Shown here one piece after another: positions 28,156 to 39,900 of a stretch of 64,000 bases of DNA. Position numbers and translations under genes: made by a program. The DNA comes from an uncultured virus (IMG/VR IMGVR_UViG_3300025108_000030) (Duplodnaviria; Heunggongvirae; Uroviricota; Caudoviricetes; Kyanoviridae). Location of the stretch: the IMG/VR virus record IMGVR_UViG_3300025108_000030. One strand, 5' to 3'. How positions within the stretch are numbered: position 1 is the stretch's first letter; the number at the start of each line of letters is the position of its first letter. The notes beneath the pieces are model-generated. The model had not been told where the DNA came from, made no database searches, and saw nothing but the letters and a program-made list of their open reading frames with translations.

Positions 28156-31100
28156 ATGACAAGAACCGTACCTGGATCAGGAGCGATAATTAATCCGATC
28201 TTCGATGAAGTTTTCGGTGTTCGCGCTGTAGAATTAATTAGTGGTGGAACTGGATATGATCCTACCGACCCTCCAAGATTAACAATCGATGGTTGTGGCA
28301 CCCCCGCTCAAGAAGCATTACTATATCCGATCATCGATGCTGATTCGGGTAAAATTATCCATGTCCGTGTTCTTGAAAGAGGTAGCGGATATGATCCTTT
28401 AAGACTTAAGATTGTTCCTACATCTGAAACACCAAATGTTTTAGATTCTTTTGACGTCAATAGAATCTGGCAAGACCATCCAAATGCATTAACAAGAGGC
28501 ACCTTTCAGACCTCAGGTACACCTCCTGTTAAAAACGATAGACTCCGTATTGAGTCTGACAATCATCCCAAACCTACTTGGATATTTGAAGAGTCAGAAC
28601 CTGGAGGTTCTGGAAATATTGTAGATAGATCTTTTGATCAAGTTTTTGTATATCGCGGTGGTAAAGATGTCCCTTTTCAGGGAGATAGAACTTTTCAAAA
28701 TAACAAGGTTTTGGGAATTCTGGCAAACGGTGGTTTGTTGCATACTCCAGAATTTGGTACTTCTGGTAATGCCCCAACAAACTTTTCTATTGATACTGTA
28801 AAATATGATTATGTTAAAGGAACTAATGCAAATGATGTAGTTCTTGATGGCACTACTCATTATTATCAAACTAGTAAGACAATTGATGAGTTCAATAGTG
28901 CTAATGGAGTATTCCAGTGGGGATCTTTAGAGCAGTTCGTTTGGTATATTAAGGTAGAGTATGACAATATCATGCTTTATGTTGATAACATAGACGAAAC
29001 TTTAAATCCAATTGAAGTAGGCAGGACAATAAATGAAGTAGGAGGAACTGCTTCGGGAGAAATTGCAAAGATTGTCAGGAATGCTCAGAACCAAATTGTT
29101 AGAATTTATTTAAGGCAGGTTATAGGATCATTTGAAGCAACTGATTTTATTCTAGGTTCGACTGGATTCCAATTTAGAGTCGCTGGTGATCCAGTTCTAT
29201 TCCCCAATGGTCTCTTCTATATTGATTTTGGTGTTGATTCTCATGAGTTTGGTGATTTCATTCCTGGAGTCTATTACCTTTCCCCAGAAAGTATTAAGGT
29301 TCAAAGAAATTACTTAATTATTTGGGATCAATCCGATCCATCAAATCAACCGTCCGCTCACCATCTTCAAGGACATCCAATGCAACTTAGTACCACTCAA
29401 GATGGTACACTAAACGGCGGTACTCTATATTACAATAGTACAGGTGCATCTGCTGCACCTGCTACTGATTATGAAAACGAGTTTACACCCTTATTCATTA
29501 TGAATGAGGATGAGAATAATCGTATCTATTATTACTGCAAGTTTCACCGTTATATGTCGGGATACGAAGGTGATGAAGGATATATGTATCTCGATCCCGA
29601 GATTGAGGAAGAAGAAGAGCATGAAAATAATTACTTTTACAAGGATTACTATCAAACTGATTCAAATGATCCAAGCACTATTGATAGATCTAGGCATGTA
29701 GACGGTCACTCTAAAGTTCTTGGTATGTCCTTTGATGGATATCCCATTTACGGACCATTTGGATATGTTACTGGCAGAACCCCTGGCAGAATGACTAGTT
29801 CGTATAGGTTTAAAACTACTACTGAACTTCCTGGTACTAGAGAGGAGGTTGTAACTGCTAGTACAATAACGTATGCTGTTACTGTTTCAAATTCTAAATT
29901 TTATTTTGATGGTCAAGAGCAAGAGTTACTGAATCTGAAAAGAGGAAAAACTTATATCTTTAATCAAGATGATGCCAGCAATACTGCTAATGGCAACTTC
30001 TTGATGTTCTCCTTGACCGAAGATGGTTGGCATAATACAGGAAGTTCACTTGATATCGGAACAACTTCATACCTATATGATGGTGAAGGTTCAGTTGAAT
30101 ATTATTTGGATGGAGTTCTAACACCATATGCCACATATCTGGGAGGATTTTCTAGTGCGACGACAAGAGAAATTCGTATCACTATTCCTGTAAATGCACC
30201 TCGTGTTGCTTATATTTTCTCATATTCAAATTCTGGTTATGGATCTCGTCTTGTCAATGAAGGATATATTCTTGGTGATTTGACTCAGGATTATATCTAT
30301 GATTCTGGTGTAGGTAATCTTGACGAATATAACGGTAAGTATGTTGTTACTCCCGAATATCCGAACGGTACTTATGCATATTTTATGACCGAAGATGGTA
30401 GTGGGAATCCAGTTTATCCATATGTGATTGGTCCTCAGTACTATGGGTCACCTATATTTGAAGGTGATGCTGTTCCTGAGCAGGTTGCAGTGTTCCCAAC
30501 GGAAGCAGAAGGTGATGTTGTTCTTAATGATGATGGCACCGTTTCATATATTAAGATGACTCGAAATGGTGATAACTTCTTTGGTACTGCAAAAGCAGTT
30601 ATTCTTGGAGGTGAAGGAAGTGGTGCTACAGCAACTCCTGTCACTCAAACTGTTACTGGTTTATCATTGCTAAATGAAGGTAGAAGTTATGCAACACCAC
30701 CAAACCTTATTTTTGAAGGTGGTGGTGGACAAGATGCTGAAGGTGCAGCATCAATTGATACTCTAGGTAAAGTCACGTCAATTAATATTGTTGATGGTGG
30801 CGAATTCTATCAGACAGAACCATACATTCTTGTGACTGGTGGTGGTGGACTTGGCGCAAAGGCAAAAGCAGTTATCAGTCAAGGTGCAATTACTGGAATT
30901 GATATTACTGATCCTGGCAAAGGATATACATCTCCTCCAAATATTGTCTTCACTAGACTTGTAAATCTTAAGCGTAAAACTAGATCTCGTCAGGCATTCA
31001 ATTCTTCTGATATTTACTTGACAGGTCTGGCTAAAGCACTTGGACCTAGTGATACTACGGTATATGTTACTTCTACAGATGCATATCCAGGATCTGGTTC

Positions 31101-32373
31101 TCTTATTATTGATAAGGAAACTATTTCATATACTTCCAAGAGTAGAGGTAGATTTACTGGAATTACTAGAGGTGTTAATTTTAAATATGACCAAAGAGTT
31201 ATATTAGATGATGGGCAGAATGATGCTAATGGAGATTCCAACTATCAGTTTAATGTTGGTGATAGAGTAATTCGTAGGGTTGAGAATGCTACTAGTAAGA
31301 TTGCTAAAGTATATGATTGGGATCCTAGTACCAGGGAACTTTTAGTTACTTTTGAAGTTGACGAACTTGCATTTATTGATGCTGGAATTCCTTCAACGAC
31401 TGATGCTATTGTTCAGTTTGATGCTGGTGTTGCAAATAGTAGTGGAACAGGTGTTCTTCCACATACAATTATTGATGCAGTTGGCAGTAACATATCTACT
31501 TTAACAGTACCTATTGGATCAATTGTAGATAAGGCATTTGAAGATAATGATGAGAACGAAGATCCATTAAATCCAGGAACATTCCTAGGAGATGGTATTG
31601 CAGATTTAATTAATACTGCTACAGATTATGCAAGTCAAATCAATCTAGATGGCGGCATTTATGATTCGTTATATGGTATCGAAGAAACACAAGGTGGACA
31701 AAATACCACACTACTTCAGGTTGGAGATAATATCAAAGACGCAGATATACCATTCAAATATGCCACAATTACTGCTGCAGGTGGATTGAGTGATGGTGTT
31801 GAACACCCCATTCTTTTGACACTTACTTTAGATTCTGCTAATGGAAATGGTCAAAATTATAGTACAAATGAAATTGTAACTGGTGCCATCTCAGGTATTC
31901 AAGGAACGGTAGTATCTTGGGATATTACTACATCAAAATTAGTATTGAAGGATATTGTTCCTTATAATACAAATAATGTCAATATTGGTGTAAATGGATA
32001 TCTGTATGAGTTCTCAAGTAACAGTACAGTTGTTGATATGGTTATTGTAAATAACGGAACAAACTATACCGCAGTTCCAAATATTGTTATTGAAAGTACT
32101 GGCGACATTCAAGCGACTGGTACTGCTGTAATGTCAACATCTGGTGACCGAGTAGATTCCATAACCATCACAAATGGAGGTTACGGAATTGATCAAACAG
32201 TGGACAATAGTTACAATCTACACCCAACGATTACATTTACAAATACTGGTGGTGATACCACTGGTTCTGGTGCAGCGGCTCAGGCAGTTTTGGGTGGAGA
32301 AAATATAACTGGTAATGGTGGAGCAACCTACCGCATCAAATCTGTTGAATACTCGACATTAGTTCGCTCGTAA
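28156..32373 (+). CDS. virion/baseplate structural protein with YHYH-like and cupredoxin-like domains
   Basis: 1405 aa; [20 protein letters not shown]...[26 protein letters not shown]...[16 protein letters not shown] repeats; lies between the gp9-like gene and gp8. Confidence 0.75.
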   Translation: MTRTVPGSGAIINPIFDEVFGVRAVELISGGTGYDPTDPPRLTIDGCGTPAQEALLYPIIDADSGKIIHVRVLERGSGYDPLRLKIVPTSETPNVLDSFDVNRIWQDHPNALTRGTFQTSGTPPVKNDRLRIESDNHPKPTWIFEESEPGGSGNIVDRSFDQVFVYRGGKDVPFQGDRTFQNNKVLGILANGGLLHTPEFGTSGNAPTNFSIDTVKYDYVKGTNANDVVLDGTTHYYQTSKTIDEFNSANGVFQWGSLEQFVWYIKVEYDNIMLYVDNIDETLNPIEVGRTINEVGGTASGEIAKIVRNAQNQIVRIYLRQVIGSFEATDFILGSTGFQFRVAGDPVLFPNGLFYIDFGVDSHEFGDFIPGVYYLSPESIKVQRNYLIIWDQSDPSNQPSAHHLQGHPMQLSTTQDGTLNGGTLYYNSTGASAAPATDYENEFTPLFIMNEDENNRIYYYCKFHRYMSGYEGDEGYMYLDPEIEEEEEHENNYFYKDYYQTDSNDPSTIDRSRHVDGHSKVLGMSFDGYPIYGPFGYVTGRTPGRMTSSYRFKTTTELPGTREEVVTASTITYAVTVSNSKFYFDGQEQELLNLKRGKTYIFNQDDASNTANGNFLMFSLTEDGWHNTGSSLDIGTTSYLYDGEGSVEYYLDGVLTPYATYLGGFSSATTREIRITIPVNAPRVAYIFSYSNSGYGSRLVNEGYILGDLTQDYIYDSGVGNLDEYNGKYVVTPEYPNGTYAYFMTEDGSGNPVYPYVIGPQYYGSPIFEGDAVPEQVAVFPTEAEGDVVLNDDGTVSYIKMTRNGDNFFGTAKAVILGGEGSGATATPVTQTVTGLSLLNEGRSYATPPNLIFEGGGGQDAEGAASIDTLGKVTSINIVDGGEFYQTEPYILVTGGGGLGAKAKAVISQGAITGIDITDPGKGYTSPPNIVFTRLVNLKRKTRSRQAFNSSDIYLTGLAKALGPSDTTVYVTSTDAYPGSGSLIIDKETISYTSKSRGRFTGITRGVNFKYDQRVILDDGQNDANGDSNYQFNVGDRVIRRVENATSKIAKVYDWDPSTRELLVTFEVDELAFIDAGIPSTTDAIVQFDAGVANSSGTGVLPHTIIDAVGSNISTLTVPIGSIVDKAFEDNDENEDPLNPGTFLGDGIADLINTATDYASQINLDGGIYDSLYGIEETQGGQNTTLLQVGDNIKDADIPFKYATITAAGGLSDGVEHPILLTLTLDSANGNGQNYSTNEIVTGAISGIQGTVVSWDITTSKLVLKDIVPYNTNNVNIGVNGYLYEFSSNSTVVDMVIVNNGTNYTAVPNIVIESTGDIQATGTAVMSTSGDRVDSITITNGGYGIDQTVDNSYNLHPTITFTNTGGDTTGSGAAAQAVLGGENITGNGGATYRIKSVEYSTLVRS

Positions 32374-32377
32374 CCTT

Positions 32378-32385
32378 CATAAATA
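32378..32385 (+). promoter_or_regulatory. T4-type late promoter
   Basis: CATAAATA upstream of gp8. Confidence 0.7.
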
Positions 32386-32412
32386 AACAAGAGGACAATA
32401 ATCCCTTAGGAA

Positions 32413-33945
32413 ATGGCAGCTCTATTAACTGATCAATTTAGGATTTTCTCAGCGAGAAAGTTCATTAAGGCATTGGAAGGACCCGATGCCACTCAGAGTG
32501 ATGATGTAGCAGGTACTACGAGAGATCGTTTGTATCTGTTCATTGGTCGTCCTCAAACGTGGGATAATGAAAATTCTCCTCCTCAAGCAGTAGATTCCTT
32601 CCAGGAATTTTCTGGTTCTTATGATGACATGATCTCTCTGAAGCGCGTCCTCGCTTCTGATACGGTTCAGGTTGTTCGTCGTATTGACTGGGTTTCTCCA
32701 GAGCAGACTACGGGTGGACTTGGTTTCACCTATGACATGTATCGTCATGATTATTCTCCTAGCAAGACTGCTTCCTCAGGTGCTACCAAACTTTATGATT
32801 CAGATTTTTATGTTGTAAACTCACAATATCAAGTTTACAAGGTAATCTATAACGGAACATCTCCCTCGGATCCTAACGGCAAACCCTCTACAGTTGAACC
32901 TACAGGTTCTTCTACTAGTATCATCACTACAGGTGATGGATATCGTTGGAAGTACATGTATACGATTCCCGTTGCCTCGGTCCTTAAGTTTTTCTCCAAT
33001 GATTATATGCCCGTCTTTACAAATGACGCGGTAAAAACCAATGCAGTTGCTGGAGAAATTGACACAGTAGTCATCAGTTCTGCAGGTTCTGGATATAATA
33101 ACGGAACTTATGATAATGTCGCTATCAATGGCGATGGTACTGGCGGTAGAGTTTCTATTGTTATTGACGGTGGTAGAATTATTTCTGCTACTGTAACTTC
33201 TGGTGGTACTGGATATACATTCGGTAAACTCAGTATTGATTCTATCACTGGTATTGGTACTGGTGCTAGCGGTATTGTTGATGTTATCATGCCTCCTCCT
33301 GGTGGGCATGGTTCTGATTCTGTTGTAGAACTTGGTGCCTTCCGAGTCATGGTTAATGCCAAACTTTCTTATGATGAAGGTGCTGGTGATTTCCCTATCG
33401 ATAACGACTACCGTCGTATTGGTCTTGTTACCAATCCTCTAAAGTTTGGTACTGAAGAACTCATTTCTGATTTGACAGTTTCTGCTGCTAAAGCAGTTAT
33501 CTTCTCTCCAACATTTCAAGGCAACTATGTTCCTGATGAAATTATTACTCAAACAAGAGTTGTTGGTGGTGTAAGTATCACTGGTCGTGGCAGAGTGATT
33601 TCATGGAATCCTACTACTAAAGTATTGAAGTACTATCAGAACTCAATTGATGGTATTTTCCCTGAAGTTACAGGCACGCAAAACGAACTTGACGGTTCTA
33701 ATGTTATTAGTGGGGCAACTTCTGGTGCTGCTGGGCAACCAGATGTAAACTTCCCTGCTGTTCCCAACTCATCTTCCAGAACAATTAATAATACGGAATA
33801 TGATTTGGGCATGAAGTTCAATAATGGATATGGAAAACCCGAAATCAAGTCAAACAGCGGTAACGTTGTTTACATAGATAATAGACGGGCAATCAGTCGT
33901 GCAAACGACCAGGTAGAAGACATCAAAATCGTAATCGAATTCTAA
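32413..33945 (+). CDS. gp8: baseplate wedge subunit gp8
   Basis: LYLFIGRPQTW.NE.SPP; VVRRIDW; FYVVNSQYQVYKVIYN; DGYRWKYMYTI; YIDNRRAISRA.DQ.EDIKIVIEF. Confidence 0.92.
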   Translation: MAALLTDQFRIFSARKFIKALEGPDATQSDDVAGTTRDRLYLFIGRPQTWDNENSPPQAVDSFQEFSGSYDDMISLKRVLASDTVQVVRRIDWVSPEQTTGGLGFTYDMYRHDYSPSKTASSGATKLYDSDFYVVNSQYQVYKVIYNGTSPSDPNGKPSTVEPTGSSTSIITTGDGYRWKYMYTIPVASVLKFFSNDYMPVFTNDAVKTNAVAGEIDTVVISSAGSGYNNGTYDNVAINGDGTGGRVSIVIDGGRIISATVTSGGTGYTFGKLSIDSITGIGTGASGIVDVIMPPPGGHGSDSVVELGAFRVMVNAKLSYDEGAGDFPIDNDYRRIGLVTNPLKFGTEELISDLTVSAAKAVIFSPTFQGNYVPDEIITQTRVVGGVSITGRGRVISWNPTTKVLKYYQNSIDGIFPEVTGTQNELDGSNVISGATSGAAGQPDVNFPAVPNSSSRTINNTEYDLGMKFNNGYGKPEIKSNSGNVVYIDNRRAISRANDQVEDIKIVIEF

Positions 33946-36900
33946 TGGCACAAAATACCAATCTAAACGTTACACCCTATTACGACGATTTCGATAAAGA
34001 TAAGAATTTTTATCGAGTTCTATTTCGTCCTGGTTTTCCAATTCAGGCAAGAGAACTTACCACGATGCAGAGCATTCTGCAAAACCAGGTTGAGAATGTA
34101 GGTTCTCACCTGTTCAAGGATGGCGCAATGGTCATTCCAGGTCAAGTAGGTTATGACCTGACAGTTGACGCTATCATGCTTCAGGAGTCATTCCTTGGTG
34201 CCGATGTTGAGTCTTACAGGTCTCAATTAAATGGATTGATTATTGAAGGTCTGTCAACTGGTGTTAAGGCAAAAGTTCTATACAGCATCTCTTCTACCGA
34301 ATCTGATAAAGGATATATTACCTTATATGTAAAGTATATTGAATCTGGTGGTACTGATAATTCAACTGAACTGTTTGCAAGTAATGAACAGTTAGTTACA
34401 AATACAGAAATTACTTTCGGCACAACTCTAATTGAGGTGGGTTCTCCCTTCGCTCAGTTACTGCCTACAGATGCACTACAGCAAGGTTCTGTTTCGTATG
34501 TACAGCAAGGTGTGTACTTCATCAGAGGTTTCTTTGTCGATGTAGATTATCAGTATATCCTTCTTGACCAGTATGGAAGTAACCCCTCCTATCGTATCGG
34601 TCTCAACATTCAAGAATCGATTGTTACCCCAGAAGACGACCTTAGTCTTAACGATAACGCTGCTGGAACATCTAACTATGCTGCTCCTGGTTCTCATAGA
34701 TTTAGAATCAAGACAACATTAATCAAGAAACTTCTAACTGATGATGCCGATAAGAACTTTATCGAACTCCTTCGTATCAACAACTCTAAGGTAGAGAAGT
34801 TAGTTGATAGAACTGCATTAAATGAATTAGAAAAGGGTCTTGCATTAAGGACTTATGAAGAATCTGGCAACTATGTTGTAAAAGATTTTGAAATCACTGT
34901 CAGAGAAAGTCTTGACGATGGATTCAATAATGGTGTATATCCTGCAGGGATGACAACTTCCAATGGAACTGTTACCTCTGATGATAAGTATGCTGTTGAA
35001 TTTGGTGCTGGTGTTGCATACATTAGAGGTTATAGAGTTAAACGTCTTTCTCCATCGTATGTAGATTTAGATAAACCTCGTGAAACTTTAGATGCACAAA
35101 ATGTTATTGTCCCATTTGAAATGGGTAACTATAGCAATGTTAATAACATCTTTGGATTCCCTAATACATCGGGTTCCACTATTACTAATGCGTATCACAC
35201 TGTAGAACTGAGAGATGTTGCCACTTCTTCTGCAGGTTCTGCTGCAGGAGATTTGATTGGATATGCCAGAGTCACATCAATCGAGCATCTTGCCGATCCT
35301 GATAACACCTTCGGTAACACTGATGATCAGTACAAACTGAATATCATGGATGTTCAGATGTTCACTGTATTAGAACTCGCTAGTGCTAAGAGTATCCCTC
35401 AGGGTTCTTTGGTAGTTGGTGGAACTTCTGGTGCTAGAGCATATATTGTATCTGCCACAACTTCTAGTGATAGAGTTGATGTATATCAAGTAGAAGGAAC
35501 ATTCCTACAGAATGAAATGCTTCTGCTTGATGGATCATTCCTTGATACTATCAATCATATCCATACTTATCAGTATTCTGATACACGTCAGTTTGTTGCA
35601 AGAGATGAATCAACTCTTGCTATTGAATTTACTGCTGATGTAGTTCTTGAAGATGTTCAATTGGTGGAAGGTAGTACTTTCACTTATGATGCAACTGGTG
35701 GATCTGAAACTATCACAGGTCTTCAGTCAAACTTTGCTCTGGATCTTCGTCCTGGAGACAAAATCTTCTTTAATAGTACTGAATTTGTAACTGTTGATCT
35801 AGTTACTCCTGGCAATCTTGCTACTGGAGGTGTCGCATCAATCTTCAATTATGCATCTCAGACTGTTAATGTAACTCCTCCTAGCAGCAACTTCCCTAGT
35901 GCAGGAACTTATAATACTTTACTTAGATATAGAACTCAATTATTTGATGTTGCTAATGCAGATCTTCTTAGTGATATGCCTAAGAAGTATATTAAGAGTA
36001 TCTCTGACGAATCTATGATCGTTAGAAGAACTTTTGATGCTCAAACAGTTTCTTCAGATTCAATCTCAATCACATTACCAGAGAATGAGCAGTTTGAAAG
36101 TATTACTGATCAAACATATACTGTAACTGTATTAGCAGGTACAAATTCCACTCATCCTGTTGGAGATCAAATCACACTAGATACTGTTACTACTAGTGCT
36201 CTTGGTTATATCTCATTCACATCAGCAGATAGAACTACTCTGCAGATTGAAAATCTTACAAATATCACATCAGTTAAAGTAACTGCTACGATTTCTAAGA
36301 ATGTAACTGTCAGAAAAACTAAATCTGGCAATGAGATGTTTGTTTTAAAAGTAACAAACACTATTGCTAATTTAGATAAGCAAAATTATAGTTTAACTTA
36401 TTCTAACCTTTATGGTACTAGAATCGAAGATAGGGAATTATCACTCGGTCTGACAGATAGTTATAGATTACATGCCGTATATGAGTCTAATGATGATAAC
36501 GATCCTGTCATTCCATCAGTAGTTTTAGTTGAACCTGTATTCTTTGCCAATGGCACTATTGTAACTGGTAGAACATCCAAAGCAAGAGCAAAGGTTGTCG
36601 ATTTTGCATCAGGTAGTTTAAAACTTAGTTTGGTTTATATTACTGGATCCTTATTACCTGGCGAAACTGTAGATGGTTTTGACAGTACTGGAGCAGCAAT
36701 TTCTGCTATCATCAATGACAGCGAAGGTTCTGTTGTAGCTGGTTCTAAAGTGGTAACCGATAATTACTTCCTAGAAGTTGCACAGACTGGATTTATCTAT
36801 AATATCTCAAGAGTAATTCGTAAGAAAGGCACTATTGCCCCTATCAGAAAACTGAAACTTGTTCTTGACTACTATACACATTCTTCAACTGGTGATTATT

Positions 36901-39900
36901 TTAGTGGACAGTCATATCTGAATACTGATTATACTGATATTCCCTTCTTCAAGTTCAAATTCCTCGCAGATTACCTAGATTTCCGTCCAGGTGTAAAGAA
37001 TTTGTATAGTGGAACTGGTACTGTATCATCTCCAGCATACGTAAACTGCTCTACATTCGACTTCAAGTCACGAGTCTTTAATATCTCAGGCACTCCGAAC
37101 GCAACTGTTTTTGATATTCCTAAGTTGAACAGCAATTTCCGCTGTGACTTTAATTGGTATCTGCCTAGAAAGGATAAAGCATTCATCACACCAGATGGTG
37201 AGTTCCAGATTATCAAAGGTAAGTCTTCGGATACTCCAGAAGAACCCGATGATTTGAAAGATGGTATGCTTCTTGCTACTATTAGTCACAAACCATATGG
37301 TTTTGATCCTGAAAATGACACTGTAATTGTTCGTTCCGATAACAGACGCTATACAATGCGTGATATCGGTGCTATTGAGCGTCGTCTAGATCAAGTTGAA
37401 TATTACACATCACTCAATCTACTTGAAAGTGATACTTTTAATAGTCAGATTTTGGATTCTAGTGGAAAGAATCGTTTAAAGAATGGATTTATTGTTGACG
37501 ACTTTAGTGATCACGGCAAATCTGATACTGCTCATGAAGATTTCTCAGCAGCACTTGATTTTGAGTTTGGAGAATGTCGTCCAGCGCACTACACAACCAA
37601 TGTGCCTTTAATTATTAATGAGAGTCTATCAACAAATTATCAGCAGACTGGTCCTCTAATTACATTACCTTACACTGAACTCAAGATTATTGAGCAACCA
37701 TATGCATCTAGAGTTGAAAATATCAACCCATTTAATGTCTTCACATATATTGGACGTATTACATTAACTCCTGGTTCTGATGATTGGTTGGATACTTCCA
37801 GAGTTCCTGCAAGAGTCACACAAATTGAAGGAGATTTCCAACAAGTTTCTTCTGAACTGAATGTTGACCAGAATGGTTTTGCTCCTATTCAATGGAGAGC
37901 ATGGCAAACTAATTGGACTGGTGAAAGAACTCTTGGTTCTAGAACTACCAGAAACAGCGGATGGTTGGCACAAGATAGAGGTAGATCACCTAACCCTGGT
38001 GTCTGGGGTGGTCGTGGTATGCGTCGTATTAATAGAACAACAACACTTGAAACGACAGGTTCACAAACTCGTCAGGGTGTAAGAAGTAGAGTTATTCCTA
38101 GAATTGACAGACAATCCTTAGGTGATAGTATTCTTTCTAGTACTAGTATTCCTTGGATTCGTTCTAGAAACATTGATGTTGATGTTGCTCGTTTAAAGCC
38201 AAGAACTCGTTTCTATTCATTCTTTGATGGTAGATCTACAGTCGATTATCAAATTCCTAAAATGATTGAAATCATTAAGGATCCATCGATTGATACCAGA
38301 ACAAACTCAACACCATTCGTTATCGGTGAAACTGTAACAGGTTTGACCTCTGGATGTAAGTTTAAAGTTGCTGCACCAAATGACTTCTATAGATTCAATC
38401 CATATGATGACAGTGTACTTCCTGAGTCTTATGCATCTACAACAGCATTCCTGAATATCGATACTGTTGAACTATCGAAGCAGGCAACTGGTGATTACTA
38501 TGGTAACTTCCAAGTTCAGGAAGTTCTAGTTGGTACTTCTGGTGCAACAGCAGTTGTAAGAGACCGTCGTTTAATTTCAGATCGTTTCGGTAAACTCAGA
38601 TCTTCATTCTTTATTCCGTCTCCATCTCTTGACACCAATCCTAGATGGGCAACTGGTACTAGAACATTGAGATTGTCTACATCTGACACCGATTCACGTC
38701 TTGGGGGTGCTGTTGCATCTGCTGCTGAAACTAATTATGAAGCATCTGGTACTTTGAACACTATCCAAGAAAATGTTCTTGCTGTTCGTAATGCTGAAGT
38801 TGTTCGTGATACTGTAACTCAGAATAGAACAGTTCGTTCTACTAGAACTGAGATTAGACAGATTGGTTGGTATGACCCTCTGGCACAATCATTCATTGTT
38901 GATGAAACTGATGGTGTATTCCTGACTTCTATTGATGTATATTTCTTCAAGAAAGATGACAATATTCCTGTTTCGATGCAAATCAGAACTATGGAAAATG
39001 GTTATCCAACAACAACCATTCTGCCATTCTCCGATGTAACCCTTGAACCTGATACTGTTCAGTTATCAGAAACTGCTGCTGTTCCTACTAAGTTTACGTT
39101 TGATGCACCAGTATTCATTCCTCAGTCAGTTGAACATTGTTTTGTTCTCCTATCAGACTCCAACTCTTATCAGATCTGGATCTCTAGAATGGGTGAGCAA
39201 GATATTACTGGAGACAGAACAATTTCTGAGCAACCATATGCTGGTGTTCTATTCAAATCACAGAACGCATCTACATGGACTGCTGACCAGTATGAAGATC
39301 TCAAGTTTATCGTTAACCGTGCAGACTTCACCAATACATTGAACAGTAGATTGGTTGTTAATAATTCAGCATTAGCAAGAGGTAATGGTGGTGAGTTGAA
39401 TCTTCGCAGAGATGCTATTCAAACATTCACTCCTGAGTTAGTTCTGACATTAAACTCAACTACATTACCTTATACCGTTGGATCTCGTATCTACCAGAAA
39501 ACGACTTTAGCAGAAGGTACTATCTCCGCTGTAACAACTACTGTTGCTGGAGTTCTATTGACAATCAATGATATTAATGGTACTTGGGCAGCAGGTTCTA
39601 ACACTGGTGGATCCATTTCTAACCGTGTAGTTTCATCTAAGACACTAGCAACTATGGTTGTTAGTACTCCCACAGGAGACTTTACTCCTGGTGAAACTAT
39701 TACTGGTAATAGTGCTGATGCACCAACTGCAGAAGTTGTAACTTGGAACTCAGGAACCAATACATTGACACTTCGTTATGTATCTACTGACTTTACTCCT
39801 ACCACAGAGACTATCTCTGGTGGAACTTCTTCTATCACAGCAACAGTTAGTTCAATTGTTTACAGTGGAGATGCTGTTGAAGCTTCTGCAGTTAGCGATT

